Shown: piece by piece, positions 1-9,632 of the stretch
Layout: each line of letters opens with the position of its first letter
Position numbering within the stretch: the first letter of the stretch is position 1
NCBI GenBank assembly: GCA_964636505.1
Contig: CAZWRY010000002.1
Coordinates: forward strand, 17,248-81,247
From: an uncultured Bdellovibrionales bacterium
GTDB lineage: Bacteria; Patescibacteriota; Minisyncoccia; Moranbacterales; UBA2206
Length of the DNA: 64,000 nt
Direction: 5' to 3'
Program-made: the position numbers and the translations under genes
Notes under the pieces: generated by a model
Seen by the model: the letters and a program-made list of their open reading frames with translations, nothing else
Database searches by the model: none
Told to the model about the DNA's origin: nothing

Positions 1-404
1 GTTTTGGCCTTTCCGACCAAAAATATGGTTAGGTTTTTGGTAGATAAATTGGTCAAAGCTATGTCCGGACCTAAAATATCGCTTAATTTAAAGAGTAATC
101 TTGACCAATATGTTTGTTCTCTCTGAATATTCTCAATATCCGCTATTTCGGAGTTAATTTGTTTTATTTCAGAATCATATCTTTCCATTTCAGCGTATTT
201 TTCATCTAGGCTTTTTTTATTAAAATTTTCTACTGCTAAACTTAGATCAGTTTTCAAAACATAATTTATGTTTAAAAGAAGAATAAAAAAAACCAATAAA
301 ATTCCCAGCAGTTCTGCTCCCAATTTAAAAACCATTCTCATCTTTTTTGTTTCCCTGATGACTTTTTTTTGCTGTTCGGATATCAAATTTAACTTAATTT
401 TCAT
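1..404 (-). CDS. pilN: Type IV pilus assembly protein PilN. 3' part truncated by the window edge; start codon at 404..402 overlaps the pilM stop by 11 nt.
   Basis: Minus-strand translation MKIKLNLISEQQKKVIRETKKMRMVFKLGAELLGILLVFFILLLN... has the INLL start motif, a TM helix and a coiled coil, and lies immediately downstream of pilM. Not in the ORF track because it runs off the window. Confidence 0.55.
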   Translation of the reverse strand, partial: MKIKLNLISEQQKKVIRETKKMRMVFKLGAELLGILLVFFILLLNINYVLKTDLSLAVENFNKKSLDEKYAEMERYDSEIKQINSEIADIENIQREQTYWSRLLFKLSDILGPDIALTNLSTKNLTIFLVGKAK

Positions 405-1473
405 AATAAAATCCTCGGAGGGCAAGCCCTATTGCCGTTGAAAATTTAACGGAATCTTCCCTGTTGATTACTGGTAAATTATTGCCTAGATTTAAATTTA
501 CCCAGGGGTCTCCCATCTCAACTTCTTTTTTTAATCTTTTCGCCAAATATGGAATAATGCCTTTCAGGTTAGCCCCGACTCCAGAGAGAATCAGCCTGTC
601 TATGCTCCTTACTTTTTGCGATGAGCCGGAGTAAAAGTCGGCCGTGTTTTCAATTTCTTTGGCTAAATTTTCCAAAACCGATTTTACAGAATTGGAAATG
701 GGATTTGTTTTTAATGGATTTTCTATGCCATAATTTTCCTTTATCTTTTCCGTCTGCACTTCATTGATGTTCATCCCTTTGCATATGGCGTCACTTACCA
801 CGTCCGAAGAAAAAGGAATGCTAGATGTAAAACAAGGCACACCATTTTCCACAATGATAAAACTGGTCTTATTTTTACCCAAATCAACAATCAAATCGAG
901 GGATTCTTCCTCGTTTTGGTCTAAAACCAGGCTTCTTGCCGTAGCGATAGATTCCACTTCAAAAACATATGGATCCAAACCCGCTTTCACAAGAACCTCG
1001 GATAAAACATCCACAATTTCTTTTTGAACGGCTACCGTCAAAACTTTTTGTTTGTTCTTTCCTTCATAGCCGATAAACTGCCAATCAAAATAAACATCTT
1101 CAATGGCTAACGGGATATTGGCTTCCATTTCCCATTTTACCGCCTCATAAGCATCCTCCTCTTTTATTTTAGGAATATTAATAACCCTTAAAAAAACTTT
1201 TGATTCAGGCAAAGAGCAAATAACTTTTTTGGTGTTTATTTTTTTAGGCCTGGCTTTTTCTAATGCTTCTTTTATGGAAGAAACGACTGCCTCTTTGTCT
1301 GTTATTTTCCCGTTTTCAATGCTTCCGCTTTTCATTTTGACACAAGAAAAGCTCCTGATTTCATCTTCGGCATTATCTCTTTCTATTTGAAAAATTTTAA
1401 CATCAGAATCGCCGATGTCTATGCCAAAAAATGTTGGTTCAAAATTTATTATTTTTTTATTCAGAAAACTCAT
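394..1473 (-). CDS. pilM: Type IV pilus assembly protein PilM (actin-like ATPase).
   Basis: 359 aa; FGIDIG...VKI N-terminus and actin/FtsA-like fold motifs; lies in the pilus locus. Confidence 0.85.
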   Translation of the reverse strand: MSFLNKKIINFEPTFFGIDIGDSDVKIFQIERDNAEDEIRSFSCVKMKSGSIENGKITDKEAVVSSIKEALEKARPKKINTKKVICSLPESKVFLRVINIPKIKEEDAYEAVKWEMEANIPLAIEDVYFDWQFIGYEGKNKQKVLTVAVQKEIVDVLSEVLVKAGLDPYVFEVESIATARSLVLDQNEEESLDLIVDLGKNKTSFIIVENGVPCFTSSIPFSSDVVSDAICKGMNINEVQTEKIKENYGIENPLKTNPISNSVKSVLENLAKEIENTADFYSGSSQKVRSIDRLILSGVGANLKGIIPYLAKRLKKEVEMGDPWVNLNLGNNLPVINREDSVKFSTAIGLALRGFYYEN

Positions 1474-1500
1474 TTTTGTTTTTTATTTTTCTTTATTCTA

Positions 1501-2958
1501 TCATAACTCTTGCCACAGATCTAGCAAATATTGAGATCCGGTGGGAAAATATGGCGGAGGAAAATATAAAAGGTTATTATCAAAATTGATATTTCTGTTC
1601 TCATATCCTGTATTGCGCGGACAGCTGTCCAGCCAAGAAAAACCGTAGCGTTGATTGGAAGCAATGGCGCCCTCAATTGTTATTGTGTCTTTTTTGTCCT
1701 CACACCAAGTGTGTCCGCAATTACAACCATTGCCCGTGTAATACTCTCTGCCAATCCTACCGTTTTGCGCCAATAAAGCTCCGTCAATATGTAATACATT
1801 CAGACTGTCTCTGATTATTTCAATATCTTTCTCGGCCACAATTCCTAAAACATTAATGCCATCATGCAAATTGTTGTAATAAGTAACATTATTACCAATA
1901 AAAACATTCGGCTGATTACCGGCCCTCATGTCAGCTGCTACGATCGTCAACATTTTTCCGGAATTCGCCGTTCCCAAAATTCCCTCCAACCAAATATTGT
2001 CTTCCACAAAAATGACTCCGTTATCCGGAATAGGGTTATCCAGACTCCAAGTATCATGAACGGAAAAAATCGGATTGTTATTGGAAGCGGCATGATTGTT
2101 AACCTGCCTAATGTCATATTTGTCCCCCTTCAGAATAATCTTCCTGCCATCTCCGGAGCTGTCATAGTATGTTCCTGTTTTAATAGCTTCGGCTTTCATT
2201 AAACTTAAGTCAGCCGAAACGGAAGAAAAATCCTTATTTGAAATCGGATATTTTTTCCCGGATAAAAAAACTTTGCTGTTCATATCCGTATTATATTCTC
2301 CGCTCCAAGTCGTCCAGACACCCGGCTTGATGGCGCGAACATCCGAATCGTTATCGTAATACGAGCTCACTGCGCTAAAAACAGTATTGTGGGCCACACC
2401 GTCAAAATGCACTCCATTATTGGCAAAAATTTTTCCGTAAACATTAGTTCCTACGCCTAAGCGCGTATAATCATTCCCGAGTACCGCATATTCACTCCAC
2501 GATGGTTTTCTATATCTGACTTTTATGGTTCTAGCCGCTTCGGGATATTTATATGTCCAAGCGGTTGATTTTACCTCCACTACCGTAGAGCCTTTTGCAG
2601 GAGGCGTCACTTCAAGACGATATTTACCAATGATTCCTCCTTCTGGATCCCTATATTCCGCTTCGTATGGGCTGGCCACACCCAGAGGACTTCCGTTTTT
2701 CCAAAAATTATCAACTTGTTGCGCCGTTCGACCTTCAGTATTATGCGCTAAATACCAACGATAAAAATAAATTCCGGATTCGGAAATCCTAAAAGCTTCT
2801 TCGCGAAAATTGGTATAGGAGCTGAATTTGACCTGAGAAACAACAAATTGAATAACCGAAAGCATAATGATGGAAACAACTGACATAATAACCAACATGT
2901 ATGCCAAAACAGATCCTTTTGAATTATTGTTTTTTTTACCTCCGTGCCGATTATTCAT
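1501..2958 (-). CDS. PilX-like or minor-pilin-like pilus-associated protein with a large Cys-containing extracellular domain.
   Basis: 485 aa; N-terminal hydrophobic anchor KGSVLAYMLVIMSVVSIIMLSV resembles PilX_N; C-terminal CNCGHTWC cluster; sits between the pilins and pilM. Confidence 0.45.
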   Translation of the reverse strand: MNNRHGGKKNNNSKGSVLAYMLVIMSVVSIIMLSVIQFVVSQVKFSSYTNFREEAFRISESGIYFYRWYLAHNTEGRTAQQVDNFWKNGSPLGVASPYEAEYRDPEGGIIGKYRLEVTPPAKGSTVVEVKSTAWTYKYPEAARTIKVRYRKPSWSEYAVLGNDYTRLGVGTNVYGKIFANNGVHFDGVAHNTVFSAVSSYYDNDSDVRAIKPGVWTTWSGEYNTDMNSKVFLSGKKYPISNKDFSSVSADLSLMKAEAIKTGTYYDSSGDGRKIILKGDKYDIRQVNNHAASNNNPIFSVHDTWSLDNPIPDNGVIFVEDNIWLEGILGTANSGKMLTIVAADMRAGNQPNVFIGNNVTYYNNLHDGINVLGIVAEKDIEIIRDSLNVLHIDGALLAQNGRIGREYYTGNGCNCGHTWCEDKKDTITIEGAIASNQRYGFSWLDSCPRNTGYENRNINFDNNLLYFPPPYFPTGSQYLLDLWQEL

Positions 2959-3026
2959 ATCTTTTTAGAAATCATACTTTAAATAAATTTTATCCGGATT
3001 ATTTTTCTCTAAACTGCCGCAAGAAT

Positions 3027-3641
3027 TTATTGCATATAATCATTTATATTTCTTAGCTGGGCAAAAGACTCAAGATTGACATTATTGGGAGCTCTTACCG
3101 GGTCAATATTTATCATCAAATGAATTTTGATAAGTCTTACATCTATTACACTTACAGGTGTCGCCAGAGGATTATTTGCTGAATCGCCAGGATAATTTTT
3201 ATTAAAATAATAAAATACCGGATCGTCTATCGTATTAACGATGTTTTTTGCAATAACTCTGACACTTTCATCGTTTTCAGAATAAGTTGCCGGATTTCCG
3301 CTTGGATTGGCAATACCTTCCTTAAGTTCTTGATTTTCCAAAAAATAATGGACTTTTTCAATCACATTATCCCTGTCTATATCAAAAAAAACCACCAAAT
3401 CAAACTCGTCTCCGGACTTGATTGGAAATTCTCCGCTGTCAGACTGTTGAATTTTTCTGAGATTTCCGGTTATTTCATTCATCGCCCTGGAAACAATTAG
3501 GGTTGATTGTCCTTCTTCCATAATAAAAGACCTGGCTTGCCAGTTTTTCAAGAAAAGCAAAGTTACGCCTTCCATGCTTAAAACAAAAATAGCAATAGCA
3601 ACTAGCGTTTCTATAAGAGTTATGCCTTTTTTATTTTTCAC
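3027..3641 (-). CDS. Type IV pilin or pseudopilin with a prepilin-type N-terminal cleavage/methylation domain.
   Basis: 204 aa; MKNKKG|ITLIETLVAIAIFVL class III signal with Glu at +5. Confidence 0.7.
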   Translation of the reverse strand: MKNKKGITLIETLVAIAIFVLSMEGVTLLFLKNWQARSFIMEEGQSTLIVSRAMNEITGNLRKIQQSDSGEFPIKSGDEFDLVVFFDIDRDNVIEKVHYFLENQELKEGIANPSGNPATYSENDESVRVIAKNIVNTIDDPVFYYFNKNYPGDSANNPLATPVSVIDVRLIKIHLMINIDPVRAPNNVNLESFAQLRNINDYMQ

Positions 3642-3653
3642 TTTTTTGTTTTA

Positions 3654-5042
3654 TTATTCAGAAATTAATTTTACGGTTTCGCTAACCAAACCTTCTATTG
3701 AAATATCCGATTGATTGTCGTTGAATCCATCAGCGGCTACCTTTATTTGATATGTTCCTTTTGCAAGATATGGCAGTGTTGTCGGGAAAAAGGCCAATCC
3801 ATATTTGTCAGTAGTCAGAGTAACGTCATAACCGGCCGTTTCATTTTTTAAATTAACCGAGGCCCCTTCAATAGCAATACTTTCATCGCTGGCTCTGACT
3901 ACTTTAATCAGCAGCGAGTCGGCTGTTTTATCCGCAAAAATTGCCTTGACATCCATTGCTGTATTGGGTGCCAAATCAAACTGGACATTTAAATTCTGTC
4001 CGGGATCAACTTTTATGAATCGGTACTGGCTGGTTGAATCAGAAAAAACAAAAGTGTATGTTCCATAACTCATATTTTCCAGAATTTTTTCTCCCGTTTC
4101 CCCTGAATTGAGATTTTGGTTAAAAGTAAAAAGCTCAACTGAAGGAACATCCAATGTGTCTCCCTGTTTTCTGCCCCCAGAAAGATTAAATCCTATATTT
4201 TTAACTCTGTTACCCAAGGGATCTTCGGTGGTTAAATTTATACTGGAAATCTTGTCCGTTATGACTGCTTTCATATTTAATGTATCTGCAATAACTGAAG
4301 CGTGTATATCTACCGGATTAAAAGTACTTGTCGGATAGGGCGGATAGGTGTTTGCCGAATAATATCCGCTTTTTGAAACTTCCAATGAATAGTTGCGATC
4401 ACCGACTGGCATAGATGGAAGAGAAATATTACCCGTATCATCAGAAGAAACGGTCATATCCACTCCCTCAGATTGATTCTTGATACGGACTTGAGCTTGA
4501 GGTATGCCGTTGCCTGAATTATCTAAAATATTCAAGGCAAGCGTGCCGCCGCCCACGCTTTTTTCAACTCCGATAGGAGAAAAAATAGAAACAAGGAAAA
4601 CGGTTCGGCTTTTCATCGGATCGGTCCCCCAGGCAACTGTTATCTTTACTTCTTTATAATCATTTGGAATCGCATCATTGGGAACCAACCCTTGTTTTCC
4701 ATCATAAGCATCGTCTATGTATTTTATAAAGGTAGAAACATAATAAGTATTGGTATTTTGAATAACTGTTTCTTCGGCCAAAATATCTCCCCGCGGTACA
4801 CTCGTTGTGGTTCCGATGTCATCGTAGTCAAGATTTCTGATTATTTCCATTTTTTCATTCGCCAAAGCAGTCGCTTCTAATTTGAATTTTGATTCTCTGA
4901 TGTATTTGATTCCCAAAATAGCGGTTTGATAAAAACAAACCGCTATCAAGGAAAAAATAAGCAAAACAATCATTGCTTCCACCAATGTAAAACCGGCTGA
5001 AGCTTTTGTTTTTATTTTCCCTCCAAAAAAATGAACAAGCAT
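3654..5042 (-). CDS. Large type IV pilin-like protein (prepilin N-terminus plus Ig-like/carboxypeptidase-regulatory-like repeats).
   Basis: 462 aa; leader ...ASAG|FTLVEAMIVLLIF; repetitive beta-rich C-terminal region. Confidence 0.7.
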   Translation of the reverse strand: MLVHFFGGKIKTKASAGFTLVEAMIVLLIFSLIAVCFYQTAILGIKYIRESKFKLEATALANEKMEIIRNLDYDDIGTTTSVPRGDILAEETVIQNTNTYYVSTFIKYIDDAYDGKQGLVPNDAIPNDYKEVKITVAWGTDPMKSRTVFLVSIFSPIGVEKSVGGGTLALNILDNSGNGIPQAQVRIKNQSEGVDMTVSSDDTGNISLPSMPVGDRNYSLEVSKSGYYSANTYPPYPTSTFNPVDIHASVIADTLNMKAVITDKISSINLTTEDPLGNRVKNIGFNLSGGRKQGDTLDVPSVELFTFNQNLNSGETGEKILENMSYGTYTFVFSDSTSQYRFIKVDPGQNLNVQFDLAPNTAMDVKAIFADKTADSLLIKVVRASDESIAIEGASVNLKNETAGYDVTLTTDKYGLAFFPTTLPYLAKGTYQIKVAADGFNDNQSDISIEGLVSETVKLISE

Positions 5043-5079
5043 GTCTTTGTAGTTTATTTAAAGTTTTTTCTTTTGGATA

Positions 5080-6300
5080 TTATTTTATGCTTTCCATAAC
5101 GCTATACATCTGTTGTAGCACCGAAATAGCAAAAAATCCCACGGCTATTCCGATAATAATCATCAAAACCGGTTCAATGATAGAAGATATGTTTTTTGTT
5201 AATTGATCCACCTCTTGTTCATAAAAATCGGCTAACTTGGCCAGAACTTCTTCGGTTTTTCCCGTTTCTTCGCCAACTTCAATCATTTGTGGAACCAAGA
5301 CTGGAAATACCTTGGATTCCTCATAAATTATGCTGCTGAGATTTATTCCTTTTTGTACATTTTCCGAAGCTTTGATTAAAACTTTTTTATAACGGAAATT
5401 GCCCAAAGTTCTGGAAAGAATTTTTAATGCTTCAACTACCGGCACTCCGCTGCCCAGCAATGAACTGTAGATTCTGCAAAACCTGGCGCAATTAAGCTTT
5501 ATCACAATATTGCTTACTCCCGGAAAATTGATAGCCATAACTCCTAAAACTCTTTTGCCAACATTGGTTTTTAGAGACATAAAAACAGCCGTAAAAAAAG
5601 CCACAATTCCAATAATCATTATTCCCCAATGATTTTTAAACAAGTCACTCAAAAAAATTATAAATTTGGTGGAAGCCGGCAATTCAGAATCAAATTCTTC
5701 AAACATATCCACTAGCTGGGGAACAACAAAAACCATCATCAAAAAACCAATGACCACCATAACTACCAGAATAACGGCCGGATAAACCAAGGCACCCCTG
5801 GTTTTTCGTAAAATATCGTGGTCTTTTTCCATCTGTAAAGCCAAGATAGTCAAGACTTGTTCCAAATTTCCGCTTACTTCTCCGACTCTGATCATATTCA
5901 CAAATAAATCGCTGAAAACTCCCGGAAATTTAGCCATACCCTCTGAAAGTTGATTGCCGGCTTGAACGCTTTCTTGGATATTTTTTAGAATGGATTTAAA
6001 TTTCTTGTTTTTAGTTTGAACAGCCAAATTTCCCAAAGATTTAGATACCGATAAGCCTGAGGCCACCATCACACTCAAATTGCGGGTAAACATCAACTTC
6101 TCCTTAAGAGGAATGGTTGAAAAACGATCCCAAAAACCGATTCCATCGCTTTTTTCTTTCTTATCTTCCAATTTCTTGCAGAAGGTCAGGACATAATTTT
6201 CGGACCGCAAAATTCTAGCCAGATCTTTTTCGTCTTTAACCTCAATTTCTCCGCTTTTCGTTTCTCCGGAATAATTTTTGGCTTTGAAAAAAAATTTCAT
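5080..6300 (-). CDS. pilC: Type IV pilus inner-membrane platform protein PilC (GspF family).
   Basis: 406 aa; two T2SSF repeats and TM segments (GALVYPAVILVVMVVIGFLMMVFVVPQ). Confidence 0.85.
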   Translation of the reverse strand: MKFFFKAKNYSGETKSGEIEVKDEKDLARILRSENYVLTFCKKLEDKKEKSDGIGFWDRFSTIPLKEKLMFTRNLSVMVASGLSVSKSLGNLAVQTKNKKFKSILKNIQESVQAGNQLSEGMAKFPGVFSDLFVNMIRVGEVSGNLEQVLTILALQMEKDHDILRKTRGALVYPAVILVVMVVIGFLMMVFVVPQLVDMFEEFDSELPASTKFIIFLSDLFKNHWGIMIIGIVAFFTAVFMSLKTNVGKRVLGVMAINFPGVSNIVIKLNCARFCRIYSSLLGSGVPVVEALKILSRTLGNFRYKKVLIKASENVQKGINLSSIIYEESKVFPVLVPQMIEVGEETGKTEEVLAKLADFYEQEVDQLTKNISSIIEPVLMIIIGIAVGFFAISVLQQMYSVMESIK

Positions 6301-6327
6301 GAACGAATAATTTATAGTTTAAAAAGC

Positions 6328-8085
6328 TTACTCGGTTGTAACTCTAAGTATCTCCTCTATTGAAGTAAGGCCCATAGCCGCCTTAATAAATCCGTCTTCT
6401 ACCATGCTTAACATTCCGTCCTCCTGGCATTTTTTTTGCATTTCTTCTTCTGATGCCTTATGAGAAATCATTTTTTTCATTTCATCATTCACCTCCAAGA
6501 CTTCAAATATACCCAACCTACCCCTATAGCCTTCTTTATTGCACTGCTCGCATCCGGCCGAACGATAAAATTTTATACTTTTCCATTTATCCTTATCTCC
6601 GGAACTTTCTTTTATCTTCATAGCATCGCTATTTTTTATTATTTCAAATATCCTGTTCATATCATAATTTTTTTCCAGATTCTTAATATCGTCATTATCT
6701 AAAATGTATTCCTTGCGACAATTTGGGCAAAGTTTTCTGACTAATCGTTGGGCAATGATGGAATTTATAGTAGAAGCCAAAAGAAACGGTTCGGCTCCCA
6801 TATCAATGAGCCTGGGAACTGTTCCTATGGCGCTATTAGTGTGTAAAGTTGACAAAACAAGATGTCCGGTCATAGCAGAATGAATAGCCATTTCCATCGT
6901 TTCATTGTCTCTGATTTCACCGACCATTATCACATCCGGATCCTGACGCAAAAGCGAACGTAAACCGGCAGCAAAAGTCAGTCCGACCTTGGGATTAATT
7001 TGAGTCTGGTTGATCCTGACCATTCTATATTCAACCGGGTCTTCTACTGTGCTAATGTTTAGCTCTGGTGTATTTAAGATATCCATTATTGTGTATAAAG
7101 TAGTAGTTTTTCCTGATCCGGTCGGACCGGTCACTAAAATCATCCCGTTTGGTTTTTTGATATGGCGATGAACTGTTTCCAATCCCTTACCCGAAAACCC
7201 GACTTCTTCCAAAGTAAGCCCTTTGGAATTTTCATTCAAAAGACGCATTACGATTTTTTCTCCGTCAAAAATAGGCAAGATGCTTACACGAAAAGAAATT
7301 TTCAAGTCATCTTTTTCAATCTTGAACCTTCCGTCCTGCGGAACGCGATGCTCATCCAGTTTTAAATTAGAGAGAACTTTTATTCTGGCAATGATGCCTT
7401 GCATTACCTGCTTGGGCAAGGTCATCGCATCATGCAAAACTCCGTCAATACGATATCTTACTCTTACTTCTTTTTCGTCCGGTTCAATATGAATATCGCT
7501 GGCCTCTTGCAAAATAGCGTGTTTAATGAGCGTGTCTACTATCCTGATTATTGGTAAACCTTGGGCCACTTTTTCCAAGTCTTCTTCTTTACCTTCTTCC
7601 TTTTCGATGCCCTCTGAATCCTTGGTAATCATATCTCCAAATTCGGCCTTTAAGCTTTTTTCGTAATATTTTAGGACATTATCAATACTTTCCCCTGTCG
7701 TAAGACAAGCTACGACTTTCAATTCCGATTTTTTTTTAATGAAATCAATCGTTTGAATGTCTTCAGGGTTCAACATTGCCACTTTTAATTCTTTGCCTGT
7801 TTTGCTAAAAGCAATTATTTTGTATTTTTTGGCAATCGGTTCCGGAATCATTTGCAGGACTTCTTGAGGAATTATTTCCTTAGTTAAATCAACAAAAGGC
7901 ACGCCCAAAATATAGGCATAAAGTTTTCGTAAATTAATCTCGTCAATGAGACCCTCTTTAAGAAGAATTTCTCCTAATTTTATTTTTTCTTTTTCCGCTT
8001 TCTGATAGGCCTTTTCCAAATCCTCCGCTTTTATTATGTCGGAGTCGCTTATAAATTCCTTCAGTTGTTTGTTTTTTATTTGCAT
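6328..8085 (-). CDS. pilB: Type IV pilus assembly ATPase PilB (GspE family).
   Basis: 585 aa; N-terminal GspII domain, Walker A GPTGSGKTTTLY, C-terminal tetracysteine motif (CPNC...CEQC). Confidence 0.9.
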   Translation of the reverse strand: MQIKNKQLKEFISDSDIIKAEDLEKAYQKAEKEKIKLGEILLKEGLIDEINLRKLYAYILGVPFVDLTKEIIPQEVLQMIPEPIAKKYKIIAFSKTGKELKVAMLNPEDIQTIDFIKKKSELKVVACLTTGESIDNVLKYYEKSLKAEFGDMITKDSEGIEKEEGKEEDLEKVAQGLPIIRIVDTLIKHAILQEASDIHIEPDEKEVRVRYRIDGVLHDAMTLPKQVMQGIIARIKVLSNLKLDEHRVPQDGRFKIEKDDLKISFRVSILPIFDGEKIVMRLLNENSKGLTLEEVGFSGKGLETVHRHIKKPNGMILVTGPTGSGKTTTLYTIMDILNTPELNISTVEDPVEYRMVRINQTQINPKVGLTFAAGLRSLLRQDPDVIMVGEIRDNETMEMAIHSAMTGHLVLSTLHTNSAIGTVPRLIDMGAEPFLLASTINSIIAQRLVRKLCPNCRKEYILDNDDIKNLEKNYDMNRIFEIIKNSDAMKIKESSGDKDKWKSIKFYRSAGCEQCNKEGYRGRLGIFEVLEVNDEMKKMISHKASEEEMQKKCQEDGMLSMVEDGFIKAAMGLTSIEEILRVTTE

Positions 8086-8111
8086 TTTAAAATAAAAAAA
8101 TTATCTTTCAA

Positions 8112-8492
8112 TTATTTTTCTAGGCCCAAACTTTCTTTTATTTTTTTAACAATATCTTCCAAGGCATAGCTGGATTTAATCAAGTAAGTGGTCGCACCCA
8201 GTTCAAATGCTCGATTAACATCCTCGGCACTTTCCAGGTTAGTCAGCAAGATAACCGGTATTTTTTGAGTCTTCTTGTTTTTTTTGATTTCTTCCAAAAC
8301 CTCAAAGCCGTTTTTTTTAGGCAAAATTATGTCCAAAAGAATCAGATCCGGATTCTCTCTTCCTACTAAGGTTATCCCCTCTTCACCATTAAAAGCACTG
8401 ACTGTTTCAAATTTTTCTAAAGTTAAAAATTCCTTCAGGGATTCCTGAAGCGAAACTTCATCTTCAATAATTAATATTTTATATTTTTTCAT
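8112..8492 (-). CDS. Stand-alone CheY-like response regulator receiver protein.
   Basis: 126 aa; ILIIEDE...DLILLDIILP...K signature residues; no output domain. Confidence 0.8.
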   Translation of the reverse strand: MKKYKILIIEDEVSLQESLKEFLTLEKFETVSAFNGEEGITLVGRENPDLILLDIILPKKNGFEVLEEIKKNKKTQKIPVILLTNLESAEDVNRAFELGATTYLIKSSYALEDIVKKIKESLGLEK

Positions 8493-8539
8493 ATATTTTA
8501 AAAAAATAATTTTAAATTTGCATTTTTCAAAAATTACTT

Positions 8540-9481
8540 TCAGGCCGCCGGCAAAGAAATATAAAAAATTGATCCGATATCTTCTTTTGATTTAAACCAT
8601 GTTTTTCCGCCGGATTCTTCAATGATATTTTTCACAATGTATAAACCCAGCCCGGTGCCTTCGGCTCGGTAACGAGACACATTATAGCTCCGAAAAAATT
8701 TGCTAAAAACTTGTTTTTGCTGGCTCCCGGGTATTCCAATACCGTTATCTTTGATGCTAAGGATCCAAAAATTGTTATTTCTCTTGAGTAAGACTTCAAT
8801 TTTACCGTGTTTCCTGGAATATTTTATTGAGTTGCTGAGAAGGTTTTCCACGGCTAGTTTTATTTTTTCCGGATCGCCCACCACCCTCGCCTCCTTTTTG
8901 TTGTTTTTTACGCTAATTTTCATGGAAACTCCGCTATTTTTCAGTAACGGACCTAGGTCATTACCAACTTCTCTCACGATATCAGCTAAGTCAATCTTTT
9001 CTCTTTTTAAAGAAAGTCTTTTTTGGTCAATTCTAGCTACATCCAAAAGATCGCTCACGAGTCTGGACATCCGCTTTGTCAAAACTTCTATATTTTCTAT
9101 GCCTTGCAATTGTCTTTTATTTAAGCCATTTTTAAACTTTGAATTTAAAAGTTCTAACTCCCATTTAATTGCTGAGATTGGCGTCCGCAATTGATGAGAA
9201 GCCAAGGAAATAAATTCGCTTTTAGTTTTATTGAGCCTGTTTACCTGTTCAACTCCTTTAACAACCATGCCTCCAAAAAAGAAAATTGTTATCGTTACAA
9301 TAGTTTCTGATAAAATCAAGACCTCTGGATTATCATAATTTTTAGCAATAAAATAGGTGGCTGTCATCGCCATGGAGTTAACAACGCCTAAAACAATAAA
9401 CAAAAACGATGGAGTTTGCCAAACACTAACACCAAGATCGTTGGCTTGTTTTTTTAGATTTAAATCGTTTATTATTTTCAT
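8540..9481 (-). CDS. Membrane sensor histidine kinase.
   Basis: 313 aa; N-terminal TM helices, H-box SHQLRTPISAI, HATPase_c G-box GTGLGLYIVK. Confidence 0.8.
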   Translation of the reverse strand: MKIINDLNLKKQANDLGVSVWQTPSFLFIVLGVVNSMAMTATYFIAKNYDNPEVLILSETIVTITIFFFGGMVVKGVEQVNRLNKTKSEFISLASHQLRTPISAIKWELELLNSKFKNGLNKRQLQGIENIEVLTKRMSRLVSDLLDVARIDQKRLSLKREKIDLADIVREVGNDLGPLLKNSGVSMKISVKNNKKEARVVGDPEKIKLAVENLLSNSIKYSRKHGKIEVLLKRNNNFWILSIKDNGIGIPGSQQKQVFSKFFRSYNVSRYRAEGTGLGLYIVKNIIEESGGKTWFKSKEDIGSIFYISLPAA

Positions 9482-9585
9482 TTTTGTTTTAGCTCAAACT
9501 TCTTCTGCCTCATTTGCCAGAAGATAAGTTTTTAGCCGAATATTTTATTTTTTGCAAATAAATTATACCACAAAAAACAAATAAC

Positions 9586-9610
9586 AAAAAACGCCTATAG
9601 GGCGATTTTA
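9586..9610 (-). terminator. Rho-independent terminator candidate for the 9633..10589 gene.
   Basis: Near-palindrome CGCCTATAGGGCG followed on the minus strand by a TTTTTT run. Confidence 0.45.
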
Positions 9611-9632
9611 AGACTTACGTATGATTTAAAAT

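Noticed and set aside
764-1027. 87-aa plus-strand ORF inside pilM, and many similar 60-160-aa ORFs on the opposite strand of large genes (for example 1864..2202, 8700..9194, 11439..11645, 16723..17037, 22777..23247, 54839..55339, 58449..58850).
   Set aside because: Each is fully embedded antisense or out of frame within a well-supported conserved gene. They have low-complexity composition and no RBS, so they are shadow ORFs.
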